Both the position numbers and the translations under genes were made by a program. Shown here in pieces: positions 8,012-18,206 of a stretch of 64,000 bases of DNA. The notes beneath the pieces were generated by a model. It was not told the DNA's origin. It saw only the letters and a program-made list of their open reading frames with translations, and searched no databases. The DNA comes from an uncultured Clostridia bacterium. Lineage in GTDB: Bacteria > Bacillota > Clostridia > Oscillospirales > UMGS1783. The stretch's first letter is position 1. Each line of letters starts with the position of its first letter. The stretch is from positions 128,852-192,851 of the forward strand of contig CALKPL010000025.1 of the NCBI GenBank assembly GCA_937991645.1, in the 5' to 3' direction.

Positions 8012-11000
8012 ATGTCTGAAAACGACGGTTTGGAAATTACACAATGGGAGGCTGCGCGAAAGCAGGGGCTGGAAAACGCCTCTGTGCCAAACGGGCGGGA
8101 GATCGGCACGAGAAAGCTGTTGCAGCTTTCCCGGTCCGCGTTTCATGAAATCACCCGGTTCCATGCGCGGGTGCGCGATCGTGCCGCGCGCAGGAAACTG
8201 GCGATTGCAGGCCCGCTCGAATGGCTGTTCGACAACTACTATATCGTACTGCGCGAATACCGCCGTGCGGCGAATGCGCTTGCAGGATATCGTCTTATCT
8301 CCGTGCAGAAGCAGGATAAAACGGCGGTTCCCTATATCTTTCAGCTTGCAATGAGCTTTTGCGCCGCACGGGGCTATGCTTTCAACGAACCGGCGCTCCG
8401 CGCCTATTTGGAGGGCGCGGGCCAGGCGCGCGACTTTACGGGCGACGAGATTTTCCTTTTGCCGGACATGTTCCGGCTCGCGCTCGTATTCGGCGTGCGC
8501 GACGAATGCCGGCGGCTGCGCGCCGCGCTGGAGTCGGGAGAACGTCCGCAGGACACGCGCGTAATGCAGAATGCAGTGCTTTCCCTGAAAATGCTGGACG
8601 ATGTCGACATGAGCGAATACACGGAAATCCTGTCGCAGACCGAGCGCACGCTTGGAGAAGACGAAGTATATCCGCGCATGACGCAGACAAGCAAGTGGCA
8701 TTACCAGGTGCTTCTCAAGCGTCTGGCGAAGCGAAATGGAATGAGCGCGAAAGCGCAGGCGGAAGCGCTTGTCCGAGAGGTGAAAAACGACCCCGCGCTC
8801 GATCTCGGCGCAATCTTGCGCGCGCGAACGGAAAAGAGCCTGCCGAAAGCCGTATACTTTATCGTCTACGGTCTCGCCGCGCTTGTCATCACAGTGCTCC
8901 CAGCCGCATTGCTTCGCAGTGTGGGCGTCGGGCTGCTGCTGGTTCTGCCTGCGCTCGAAATCTCGCGGCGTCTGGCGGACGCCGTCGCCGCAAAACTTGT
9001 GGACGACACATATTTCCCGCGCCTGGATTTTGAAAAGGGGATCCCGGACGACGCGCGCGCCTGCGTCGCCGTCTCGCTCCTGCTCGGTCCTGGCAGCGCC
9101 GCGAAGATCCACAGCCGCCTCGAGCTGCTTTATAACAAAAACCGGGACGACAACCTGCTTTTCGGCGTCGTGGCCGATTTCGGGGAAAGCGACAGCGAAT
9201 ATGAAAGCGGGGACGACGCCGTGCTGGACCAGGCGACCGACGCGGTGGAGCGGCTCAATGCAAAATACGGGGACAGATTTTTCCTGCTGGTTCGCCGCCG
9301 CACCTATAGCGAGACGCAGCGAAAATTCATCGGCTGGGAGCGCAAACGCGGCTCGATTATTGAGCTTGTGCGGTATATGAATGGGGAGAAGACGACGCAC
9401 GGGACGGTTGCAGGCGCTGTATCCCGACTTTCGGACTGCCGGTATACGATTGTGCTTGATGCGGACACGGCTTTGCCGATCGACGGCGCAAAAGAGCTCG
9501 TCTCCATTGCCGCCCATCCCGCCAACCGGCCGGTGATAGACGAAACGCGCCGGCGCGTCGTATCCGGCTATGGATTGATCGCGCCTGCAGTGCGCAGCGA
9601 ACTGGTTTCCGACAGGGACACCTTTTTTTCCAAGCTGTACGCAGGGCTTTCGGGCGTGGAAACGTATAACAATACAAGTTTTGAACTGTACCAGGATGTA
9701 TTTGGCGAGGGAATCTTCTCCGGCAAAGGCATTTTTCACAACGACGTGTTTTATAAGCTGCTGGCAGACAGCCTGCCTGAAAATATGATCCTGAGCCACG
9801 ATCTGCTGGAGGGATCCATAATTCGGACCGGGCACGCCTCCGACATACGCGTCTACGACAGCGTGCCCAAGGACATGGTTTCCTACTACAAACGCGAGCA
9901 CCGCTGGATCCGGGGCGATTGGCAGCTGTTAAAGATGCTGCCGAGTCCGTCGCTTGGATGGCTTGACCGCTTTAAAATTCTGGACAACCTGCGCCGCAGC
10001 CTGAACGCGCCGGTTTTTATCCTCATTCTGCTTTCCAGCCTGTTTTTTTCACCCGTCAAGTCTGCCGTATTGCTGTCCATCCTGCTTGTAATCTACCTGT
10101 TCCCGATTTTCGCCACTTTTGTCAAACAGCTATTTCTGGGTATTGTCCTCAAAGGCAATGTCCGTTATTACTCCGGCGCGATGCCGCCGGTGTTCACCAT
10201 GCTCTGGACGACGCTGACGGAATTGATTTTTCTGCCCTACGCCGCCGTAAACGCACTCGATGCGATTCTGCGCGCGTTGTACCGGCTGTTTGTCTCTAAA
10301 AAACACCTGCTCGACTGGGTGACTGCGGCGCAGGCCGAGCAGGAAAAGCCCAAATCGCTGTGGGGGTATGTAAAGAGCATGGCCGTGTCCATGCTGCTGT
10401 CCGCCTTTGTGCTCGTAGGCGTGCTCGCGCGCCTGTTCGTAACAAGGGCTGCGCCGGGGTTTGCCGAATGGCTGATGCTGGTGATCAGCCTGCTGTGGCT
10501 CTGCGCGCCCATTCTTGCATACGAGCTTGCAAAGCAGAAGAAGCAGACCCCGCATCCGCTGACGGACGAGGCGAATGCAAACCTGCTTGAATATGCGAAA
10601 AAGATGTGGCAATATTATGCGGACTTCCTGACGGAGGACGACAACTACCTGCTCCCGGACAATTTTCAGGAGACGCCGTCCGTCGGCCTTGCGCACAGGA
10701 CTTCACCGACGAATATTGGCTTCTCCCTGCTCGCCGTTCTTACGGCGCGGGATTTCCACTTTATTTCGACAGCCGCCATGGCGGACTATCTCGGGAAAAT
10801 ACTCGCTTCTCTCGGCAGGCTGGAACGGTACAAAGGCCACTTTTACAACTGGTACGATACGTCGAGCGCGCAGCCGCTTTCTCCCAGATATGTCTCTACA
10901 GTCGACAGCGGCAACCTTTCCGTATGCCTGTCCACCCTCTGTTCGGGACTTCAGGAATACGCGGCTGAAGACGCGCGCATCCCCGGCCTGATACAGGGTT

Positions 11001-14000
11001 TTAAAACGCTTGAATCGGAGGCCGATTACAGCTTTCTGTACAATCCCGGCAAAAAACTGTTTCATATCGGCCTCGATGTGCAGACGGAAACGCTTACCGA
11101 CAACTATTACGACCTATACATGAGCGAGTCCAGATTGACGAGCTATTACCTCACAGCCCGGGGCGCGGTTCCGCTCAAGCATTGGCGGGCGCTTTCCAGG
11201 CTCGTTGTCGAGCACCGGGGGCATTTCGGTTTCAAGAGCTGGACCGGGACCATGTTCGAGTATTTTATGCCCTATCTGTTCCTGCCCGCCTACCGCCATA
11301 CGCAGACCTTTGAAGCGCTGAGCTTTGCGCTCGAAGCGCAGGAGGATCGCGTCCGCGGAAAGAAAGGGGTGCCGTTCGGGATTTCAGAGAGTGGATTTTA
11401 TGCTTTCGACACGGCGCTCAATTACCAGTATAAGGCTTTCGGCGTGTCGCGGATCGGCCTGAAACGCGAGCTGAACAGTGAACTTGTCGTTTCGCCTTAT
11501 TCCACATTCCTGACGTTGCCCTTTGCGCCTGAAAAGAGTTACGCCAACCTGGTGGAAATGGAGAAGCTCGGTTTTACCGGCAAGTATGGGTTCTATGAGG
11601 CGATCGACTATACGCCCTCGCGCACAGGCGGCCGCGCCTGCGTCGTCCGCAGCTTTATGGCGCATCATATCGGCATGAGCCTGCTTTCGGTGGCGAACCT
11701 GCTGATGAACAATATCGTCCAGCGCCGTTTCTGCTCGAATCCGCACATGCGCGCCTACGACGAGCTGCTTCAGGAAAAACTGCCGGAAAAAGTGCTCGTC
11801 TACAACATGCCGGACGACACGCCGCGCAAGGTAGCGACGCACCACTATGAGTCGCCTATGCTCGCCGTTCACAGCATACAGCCTTTTGCGCCGTATGTGG
11901 GCGCGCTATCGAATGGGAGCTATACGGCGGTCATGTCGGACAGCGGCTTCGGCTTTTCTCTGTATGACGGCAGGACGGTGACGCGCTACAGGAAATCCAT
12001 TACAGAGAATGGGAAGGGGATATACTTCGCCCTGCAATCGGGCGCGTCCCGCATGACGCTGAGCGCCGCGCCGCTGTTTCAGAACCTGCAGAATTACAAA
12101 ACGGAGTTTGAGGATTCGCAGGTCGTCTACCGTGCGTCCAATAACGTGTTCACAACCCGGGTCAAGGCGACGGTGCACGACGCGTACCCCGCAGAAATCC
12201 GGGAGATCAAGATCAAAAACAACACGAACAAGAAAAAGTTCGTAACTCTGCTCGCCTATTTTGAACCGGTGCTTTGGGGATACGAGAATGAAGCGGCGCA
12301 TCCTGCCTTTTCCAGCCTGTCGCTGGAGGCGCAGCGTATTGAAAATGAAAACGCGGTGCTGTTTCACCGACGCCCCCGCGGGGAAAAGGATCCGCACGTA
12401 TATCTGTGCGCGGGATTCTGCCGGCCGGACGTCAGCGCCTCGTTTGAAACCACGCGGGACTATGTATTCGGCCGCGCTTCCAAAAGCGGGGATCTGATGC
12501 GCGCGTTCAAGATGAGCTTTACCGGCGTGAAAAAAGCCTGCCTGGACGCGGCTTTCGCAGCAAAGCTGACCTTTGCACTGGATGCGAAGGAGACAAAGAA
12601 GTTTCTCTTCGCCATGGTCTGCGAAACAGACGCAGGCCGGGCAGTGGACGCCTTCCGCGCCGTCCGGAAAGACAGTTACCCGGAGATACAGCGCAGATAT
12701 ATGGAAGTGGCAAGGCGCATGCTGGCGGAGTGCGACATGACGGAGACGGAGCTCCAGCTCGAACGCGCCGTTTTGCCGCATTTGATTTATCGGCTTGCAC
12801 AGACGCCCGTGGACCGTGCGGCCCCCTGCGATAAAACGCAGGCCGATTTGTGGAAATACGGCGTGTCGGGCGACGACCCCATTCTGCTCGTGCGCGTTTA
12901 CGAGGTGGAGGACGTGCCCAAAATTGTGCCGTATATAAAAGTGTTCCACCTGCTGAAACTCAAAAATATCGTGTGCGAACTAGTAGTGCTGTACGAAGAA
13001 GGCGGCCAGTATGACCGTCCGATTTACGCAGGGCTAATGGAAGTACTGCGTCAGTACGGGCTGGAAAAATATGCGGCTGCACGGGGAGGAATCATCTTGT
13101 GCAACCTGCAGTCAAAAGAGGACGCGGACCTGTTCTATACCGCAAGCGCCTATGTAGTGGACTATAAGCGTGACCGGGATCCTGCGCGTCCGGAGCGAGA
13201 CTTCCGGCCCGTATGTGCCGACCCTGCCCCGGCGGCTGAAACCGGCCTGCAGATTCGGTATCCGACAGTCTGCGGCGGCTTTATAGAAAACGGGTTTGCC
13301 GTTGTGGATAAGCAGGCGTTTCCAACGCGTCCGCCCTGGTGCAATATCCTGTCCAATTACCGCTTTGGTACAGTCGTGTCCGATTCTTCGCTCGGCTACA
13401 CCTATGCGCTCAATGCGAGCCAGTTCAGGATCACGCCCTGGTATAATGACGCCGTATCGGATAACTACGGCGAAAAGCTGTATATGAAATACAACGGGGA
13501 AATATATGATATAATTGCCGGCGCGGCGGCCACGTTTTACAGAGGTTATGCGGAATACGTCTGTATGGCGGGGGATATCCGGGTCCGTACAACAGTGTTT
13601 GTCCCGGCCGCAGAGCAGTGTAAAACCATCTGTATCGAAGCGGAAAACTGCGCGGACGTACCGGCGGAGGCGATGTTCTGTTACGGTGTGGACCTGGTGC
13701 TCGGGCAAACGTTTCACAAGGACGACCGTATGCTCCGTATCGAGGAGCAGGACGGGGTCCTGTACGCGCGCAATCCCTATCACATCGAATATGGTACGGG
13801 AGTCGTCTACCTGACTGGTTTCAAAGCGGACGCGATGGGTATGAACAAACTGGCTTTCCTGTGCGGCGATTATGAGGACGATCGTCGCATGGTTTCCGGC
13901 GAAGAACCCTTTATGTACTGTATGAAGCGCCTTGCCGTTCCTGCGGGCGGAAAGGAGCGTACAGTTTTCGTCCTTGGCTTCGGTCCGGGCCGGGAAAGCG

Positions 14001-15568
14001 CACGTCAGGCCGCCGAACGCGTCGATATCTGGCGCGTCCGCGAATGGTTCGACCGTCAGACGCTGCCGCAGAGTAAAGCGTATGCGCCGCTTCAGGTGCA
14101 TACGCCGGACAGTGCGTTCGACGAATTTGTCAACACCTTCCTGTATTATCAGGCGATCCAGTCGCGTATCACGGCGCGCACAGCCTTTTACCAGTCGTCG
14201 GGCGCGTATGGGTTTCGAGACCAGCTTCAGGACGCCATGTCGGTCAGCGCGGTCGACCCGTCCTATCTCCGACGTCAGCTGATCCGCTCCTGTCTGCACC
14301 AGTTTGAAGAAGGCGATGTAATGCACTGGTGGCATCACGTCCCAGGCCGCGGCCGGCGGGACAAAGGCGTTCGCACGCGCTGTTCCGACGATCTGCTCTG
14401 GCTGCCGCTTGCCGCTGCAGAGTATGTGAAAAAGACGGGGGACGGCCGTATCCTGCAGCGCGTTCTGCCCTACCTGAAAGCGCCTGTGCTTGAAAAACAC
14501 GAGACAGAGCGCTACAGCCAGCCGGACTACGGCTCGCTGTGGGAAACGGTGTACCAGCACTGTGTCCGCACATTCCGCTGCGGACTGCGCTACGGAAAGC
14601 ACGGGCTGCTGTTGTTCGGCGGCGGCGACTGGAACGACGGTTATTCCAGCGTCGGCATCCGGGGCGTGGGCGAGAGCGTTTGGCTGTCCATGTTCGCCGT
14701 TTACGTGATCAACGAGTTTCTTCCCGTGTGCCGCCTTCTTGCGGACGGCGAGACCTACACGTATCTGCTTTCGCACAAACGCAAGCTGATAGAGGCTGTG
14801 GAACAGCACGCCTGGGACGGCAAATGGTACCGGCGCGGGTACTATGATAACGGAAACGTCATGGGCGGTGCGGAGTCGGACGAGTGCAAAATCGACCTGC
14901 TCCCGCAGTCCTTCGCCGCCCTGTGCGGCGTGTTCCGGCCTGACCGTACGGCGGCGTCCATGCAGGCGCTGGAACAGTATTTGCTTGACCGGAACTGCCG
15001 TCTGGTCAAGTTGTTTACGCCGCCCTTTATCAAGGGTTCGAACAACCCCGGCTATATCAACGGCTATGTGGAAGGGGTGCGGGAAAACGGCGGGCAGTAT
15101 ACCCACGGCGCCTGCTTCGCAGCGTTTGCGTGTTATCAGTCGGGCCGGGCCGGGCTTGGCTATGAAATACTGGATCTGCTCAACCCTCTGCGTAAATACG
15201 GCGATTCCGGGCCGAGCCCCTACCGCAACGAGCCGTACGTGCTTTCAGGCGACGTATACGCCACTCCGGCGTTTCTCGGGCGCGGCGGCTGGAGTTGGTA
15301 TACGGGCGCTGCGGGCTGGTATTTCCGCATTGTGCTCGAAGAGTTGCTCGGCGTGAAGACGGAGGGGAACCGCGTCTATATCAGCCCGAAACCGCCCGCG
15401 GCGTGGGACTCCTTTTCCTTTACAGCCTCGCTGCGCGGCACTGAGCTTGCGGTACAGGCGAAGCGCGGGGAGGCGGGTTCCATGTATGTTGACGGACTCC
15501 GCGCCGATTCCGTTCCGCTGGACGGGCGCAGACATACTGTGGAAATTGTCTATGATTCGCAGTCATAG
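8012..15568 (+). CDS. cyclic beta-1,2-glucan synthase-like giant protein (GT84-like glycosyltransferase + TM region + GH94-like phosphorylase domain)
   Basis: 2518 aa from ATG 8012 (SD GGAG at 8001). GT motifs are LDADT (9458-9469), SHDLLEG (9794-) and RWIRGDWQ (9902-), followed by several hydrophobic segments. The C-terminal GH94-type motifs are GGGDWNDG (14618-14641) and RENGGQYTHG (about 15078). Confidence 0.7.
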   Translation: MSENDGLEITQWEAARKQGLENASVPNGREIGTRKLLQLSRSAFHEITRFHARVRDRAARRKLAIAGPLEWLFDNYYIVLREYRRAANALAGYRLISVQKQDKTAVPYIFQLAMSFCAARGYAFNEPALRAYLEGAGQARDFTGDEIFLLPDMFRLALVFGVRDECRRLRAALESGERPQDTRVMQNAVLSLKMLDDVDMSEYTEILSQTERTLGEDEVYPRMTQTSKWHYQVLLKRLAKRNGMSAKAQAEALVREVKNDPALDLGAILRARTEKSLPKAVYFIVYGLAALVITVLPAALLRSVGVGLLLVLPALEISRRLADAVAAKLVDDTYFPRLDFEKGIPDDARACVAVSLLLGPGSAAKIHSRLELLYNKNRDDNLLFGVVADFGESDSEYESGDDAVLDQATDAVERLNAKYGDRFFLLVRRRTYSETQRKFIGWERKRGSIIELVRYMNGEKTTHGTVAGAVSRLSDCRYTIVLDADTALPIDGAKELVSIAAHPANRPVIDETRRRVVSGYGLIAPAVRSELVSDRDTFFSKLYAGLSGVETYNNTSFELYQDVFGEGIFSGKGIFHNDVFYKLLADSLPENMILSHDLLEGSIIRTGHASDIRVYDSVPKDMVSYYKREHRWIRGDWQLLKMLPSPSLGWLDRFKILDNLRRSLNAPVFILILLSSLFFSPVKSAVLLSILLVIYLFPIFATFVKQLFLGIVLKGNVRYYSGAMPPVFTMLWTTLTELIFLPYAAVNALDAILRALYRLFVSKKHLLDWVTAAQAEQEKPKSLWGYVKSMAVSMLLSAFVLVGVLARLFVTRAAPGFAEWLMLVISLLWLCAPILAYELAKQKKQTPHPLTDEANANLLEYAKKMWQYYADFLTEDDNYLLPDNFQETPSVGLAHRTSPTNIGFSLLAVLTARDFHFISTAAMADYLGKILASLGRLERYKGHFYNWYDTSSAQPLSPRYVSTVDSGNLSVCLSTLCSGLQEYAAEDARIPGLIQGFKTLESEADYSFLYNPGKKLFHIGLDVQTETLTDNYYDLYMSESRLTSYYLTARGAVPLKHWRALSRLVVEHRGHFGFKSWTGTMFEYFMPYLFLPAYRHTQTFEALSFALEAQEDRVRGKKGVPFGISESGFYAFDTALNYQYKAFGVSRIGLKRELNSELVVSPYSTFLTLPFAPEKSYANLVEMEKLGFTGKYGFYEAIDYTPSRTGGRACVVRSFMAHHIGMSLLSVANLLMNNIVQRRFCSNPHMRAYDELLQEKLPEKVLVYNMPDDTPRKVATHHYESPMLAVHSIQPFAPYVGALSNGSYTAVMSDSGFGFSLYDGRTVTRYRKSITENGKGIYFALQSGASRMTLSAAPLFQNLQNYKTEFEDSQVVYRASNNVFTTRVKATVHDAYPAEIREIKIKNNTNKKKFVTLLAYFEPVLWGYENEAAHPAFSSLSLEAQRIENENAVLFHRRPRGEKDPHVYLCAGFCRPDVSASFETTRDYVFGRASKSGDLMRAFKMSFTGVKKACLDAAFAAKLTFALDAKETKKFLFAMVCETDAGRAVDAFRAVRKDSYPEIQRRYMEVARRMLAECDMTETELQLERAVLPHLIYRLAQTPVDRAAPCDKTQADLWKYGVSGDDPILLVRVYEVEDVPKIVPYIKVFHLLKLKNIVCELVVLYEEGGQYDRPIYAGLMEVLRQYGLEKYAAARGGIILCNLQSKEDADLFYTASAYVVDYKRDRDPARPERDFRPVCADPAPAAETGLQIRYPTVCGGFIENGFAVVDKQAFPTRPPWCNILSNYRFGTVVSDSSLGYTYALNASQFRITPWYNDAVSDNYGEKLYMKYNGEIYDIIAGAAATFYRGYAEYVCMAGDIRVRTTVFVPAAEQCKTICIEAENCADVPAEAMFCYGVDLVLGQTFHKDDRMLRIEEQDGVLYARNPYHIEYGTGVVYLTGFKADAMGMNKLAFLCGDYEDDRRMVSGEEPFMYCMKRLAVPAGGKERTVFVLGFGPGRESARQAAERVDIWRVREWFDRQTLPQSKAYAPLQVHTPDSAFDEFVNTFLYYQAIQSRITARTAFYQSSGAYGFRDQLQDAMSVSAVDPSYLRRQLIRSCLHQFEEGDVMHWWHHVPGRGRRDKGVRTRCSDDLLWLPLAAAEYVKKTGDGRILQRVLPYLKAPVLEKHETERYSQPDYGSLWETVYQHCVRTFRCGLRYGKHGLLLFGGGDWNDGYSSVGIRGVGESVWLSMFAVYVINEFLPVCRLLADGETYTYLLSHKRKLIEAVEQHAWDGKWYRRGYYDNGNVMGGAESDECKIDLLPQSFAALCGVFRPDRTAASMQALEQYLLDRNCRLVKLFTPPFIKGSNNPGYINGYVEGVRENGGQYTHGACFAAFACYQSGRAGLGYEILDLLNPLRKYGDSGPSPYRNEPYVLSGDVYATPAFLGRGGWSWYTGAAGWYFRIVLEELLGVKTEGNRVYISPKPPAAWDSFSFTASLRGTELAVQAKRGEAGSMYVDGLRADSVPLDGRRHTVEIVYDSQS

Positions 15569-15589
15569 CCGGAAAGATTCGGGAATGAA

Positions 15590-15618
15590 TTGACTTTTTC
15601 TGGCAGAAAGAGTATATT
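15590..15618 (+). promoter_or_regulatory. sigma-A type promoter for M16 peptidase pair
   Basis: TTGACT (15590-15595), 17-nt spacer, TATATT (15613-15618). Confidence 0.5.
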
Positions 15619-15653
15619 ATAAGATATATAACCTGAGAAACGGAGGTTGTGCC

Positions 15654-16919
15654 TTGAACCATGTGGAAATCGCGCCGGCAGTCTATGTAAATGCCCTGCC
15701 GGTCGATAAGTTCAAAACGAATTATCTGTCGGTCAGCATCATTCATCCGCTGAGCGCAGAAGCCGCTTCCAACGCGTCCCTGCTTGCGTTTGTCCTAAAA
15801 CGCGGGAGCGCGGCGTACCCGGGGATCGAAGCTGTGAACCGCCGCTTGGAAGAGCTGTACGGCGCGCGTTTCGATGTGCAGATCCGCAAAAAGGGCGAGG
15901 CGCACATCATCAGCTTTTTTATGGATTTTGTCGACGGGAGGTTTATACCCGGCTCGCCATCGCTTACGGAGGACGCCGTGACCTTTTTAAAGGAGATTCT
16001 GTTTCAGCCGCTGCTGGACGGCGAAGCTTTCCGCGCCGATATCGTGGATTCGGAAAAGCGGAACCTGCAGGACTTGCTCGCCGCGCGCAGCAATGAAAAG
16101 ACGTCCTACGCCGTACACCGCTGCGGCGAACTGATGGCGAAAGGCCAGCCGTTTGAAGTCTGCGAGTATGGTACACGGCAGGAGATTGAAAAGATAACGC
16201 CGTCGTCTCTGTTCACGTTCTACAAAAGCGCGCTGCAGAGCGCCGTATTTGAAATTTTTGCAATCGGCGCGTTCTCGCAGCAGCGCGTCGCCGAGCTCAT
16301 GGCGGACGCTTTTGCGTCGGACCGCCGGCCCGTGCAGGTTCAAACAACCCATATCGAGCCGCGCGGCGGCGTGCGCGAGTATACCGAGTCGTTCCAGGTT
16401 GAACAGGCGAAGTTGTCGCTCGGTTACCGGCTTGACGCGGACGATGTCGATTTTACCGCCTGTACGCTGTTTCTGATCCTATTCGGCGCAAGCCCGCACA
16501 GCATGCTGTTTTTGAATGTGCGGGAGAAGCTGTCGCTCTGCTACTACTGTTCAGCGCGTCTGGATAAGCTCAAGCGGATCATGATCGTCTATTCCGGCGT
16601 TTTGCCGGAGAATATCGGCGTAGCGCGTGAGGAAATCGGCCGCCAGCTTGAAGCTGTGCAGCGCGGCGAGTTTTCCGAGCAGGCGCTTGCGGCTGCGAAA
16701 TACACGTATTTGAATAACCTGAAATCCATTGCGGATTCCATGTATAATCTTGAGGACTATGCGTTGACGCAGAATCTGCTGGGACTGCCGACTGACCTCG
16801 ACGCGGTGATCGGCCAGGTGGAGCGCATGGACAGGTCCGCCGTCCAGCAGGCGGCGCGGGCCTTTGTTCTGGACACGGTCTACGTCCTGCGCGACGAGAG
16901 GGGAGGCGACGCTTCATGA
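15654..16919 (+). CDS. M16-family (pitrilysin-like) peptidase, non-catalytic partner (YfmF/YmfF-like)
   Basis: M16 fold-like length and sequence but no HxxEH motif. TTG start with a GGAGG SD. It overlaps the downstream M16 gene by 4 nt. Confidence 0.75.
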   Translation: MNHVEIAPAVYVNALPVDKFKTNYLSVSIIHPLSAEAASNASLLAFVLKRGSAAYPGIEAVNRRLEELYGARFDVQIRKKGEAHIISFFMDFVDGRFIPGSPSLTEDAVTFLKEILFQPLLDGEAFRADIVDSEKRNLQDLLAARSNEKTSYAVHRCGELMAKGQPFEVCEYGTRQEIEKITPSSLFTFYKSALQSAVFEIFAIGAFSQQRVAELMADAFASDRRPVQVQTTHIEPRGGVREYTESFQVEQAKLSLGYRLDADDVDFTACTLFLILFGASPHSMLFLNVREKLSLCYYCSARLDKLKRIMIVYSGVLPENIGVAREEIGRQLEAVQRGEFSEQALAAAKYTYLNNLKSIADSMYNLEDYALTQNLLGLPTDLDAVIGQVERMDRSAVQQAARAFVLDTVYVLRDERGGDAS

Positions 16920-18196
16920 CCGAGAAATACTGCGATCTGACAAGAGACCGATATACGGTATTTACCCACAGTACAGGCCTTCCCGTTTGCGTAATCTCTA
17001 AGCCGGGTCACGCGAAAATCCACGCAATGTTCGCTACGAACTTTGGGTCGATCGACACGGTCTGCCCGCCTATCGACGGCGGCGAGCCGGTAAAGGTCCC
17101 GGACGGCACGGCGCATTTTCTGGAACACAAGCTTTTTGAAAACGAGGATGGGGACGCTTTCGCGCGCTACGCTGAAACGGGCGCGGACGCAAACGCATTT
17201 ACGAGCTTTGATAAAACCGCATACCTGTTTTCCTGTACCGACCGGTTTGCAGATTCACTGGAAATCCTGCTGGATTTTGTACAGAACCCGTACTTTACGG
17301 AAAAGACGGTGAAAAAAGAGCAGGGGATTATCGGCCAGGAAATCAAAATGTATGAGGACAGTCCGAGCTGGCGGGTAATGTTTGGCCTGTTGGACGCTTT
17401 ATATGCGAAACATGGGGTGAAGATCGATATCGCCGGCACGGTCGACACCATCGCCGGCATCACGCCCGAACTGCTGTACACCTGTTATCATTCGTTCTAT
17501 AATCCCGCGAATATGGTCCTTGTCGTCTGCGGCGACGTGACGGCCGGCCAGGTCCTGGGCGTGTGCGACAAAGTGCTCAGGCCCAAACCGGTCGCAGCCC
17601 TTCGCCGTCCGGCAATCGACGAGCCGCGCGCCGCCGTTCGGGACCGTACGGAGCTTGCCCTGCCCGTGTCCACGCCGCAGTTCATGACCGGATATAAGGA
17701 CGTGCCGGGCGCCACGGGGATTGAAGCGGTGCGGCATGCGGTGCAGACCGAATTGCTGCTGGAACTTCTGTGCGGGCAGTCGAGCAAATTGTATGGAGAG
17801 CTGTACACACAGGGCCTGATCAACTCCACTTTTGAAACAGAGTATATGTACGGCGACGGGTTCGGCGTCACCCTGATCGGCGGCGAATCGCGCGAACCGG
17901 ATAAAGTCCGCGCCATGCTGCTCGATGCGGTGGAATCCCTCAAGCGTTCGGGAATCTGCGCGGCGGATTTTGACCGGGTCAGGAAAAAGCTGTACGGCCG
18001 CGCCGTCCGGCAGCTCAATTCCGTGGACCGGGTCGCGTCCCTGTTTGTAGACCTGGCGTTTTTGCAGGTCGATTTTTCCGACTATATGCATGCCTATCTC
18101 TCCGCCGGTCTTGACGAGTGTGAAGAGCGGCTGCATACGCATTTTGCGCCGGAAGCCAGCGCAATATCCATTATTCAACCCATAGAGAAAGCGTAG
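16916..18196 (+). CDS. M16-family zinc peptidase (YfmH/YmfH-like)
   Basis: Inverted zinc motif HFLEHKLF. ATGA overlap with the upstream partner gene. Confidence 0.85.
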   Translation: MTEKYCDLTRDRYTVFTHSTGLPVCVISKPGHAKIHAMFATNFGSIDTVCPPIDGGEPVKVPDGTAHFLEHKLFENEDGDAFARYAETGADANAFTSFDKTAYLFSCTDRFADSLEILLDFVQNPYFTEKTVKKEQGIIGQEIKMYEDSPSWRVMFGLLDALYAKHGVKIDIAGTVDTIAGITPELLYTCYHSFYNPANMVLVVCGDVTAGQVLGVCDKVLRPKPVAALRRPAIDEPRAAVRDRTELALPVSTPQFMTGYKDVPGATGIEAVRHAVQTELLLELLCGQSSKLYGELYTQGLINSTFETEYMYGDGFGVTLIGGESREPDKVRAMLLDAVESLKRSGICAADFDRVRKKLYGRAVRQLNSVDRVASLFVDLAFLQVDFSDYMHAYLSAGLDECEERLHTHFAPEASAISIIQPIEKA

Positions 18197-18206
18197 GTGA
18201 CAGATT

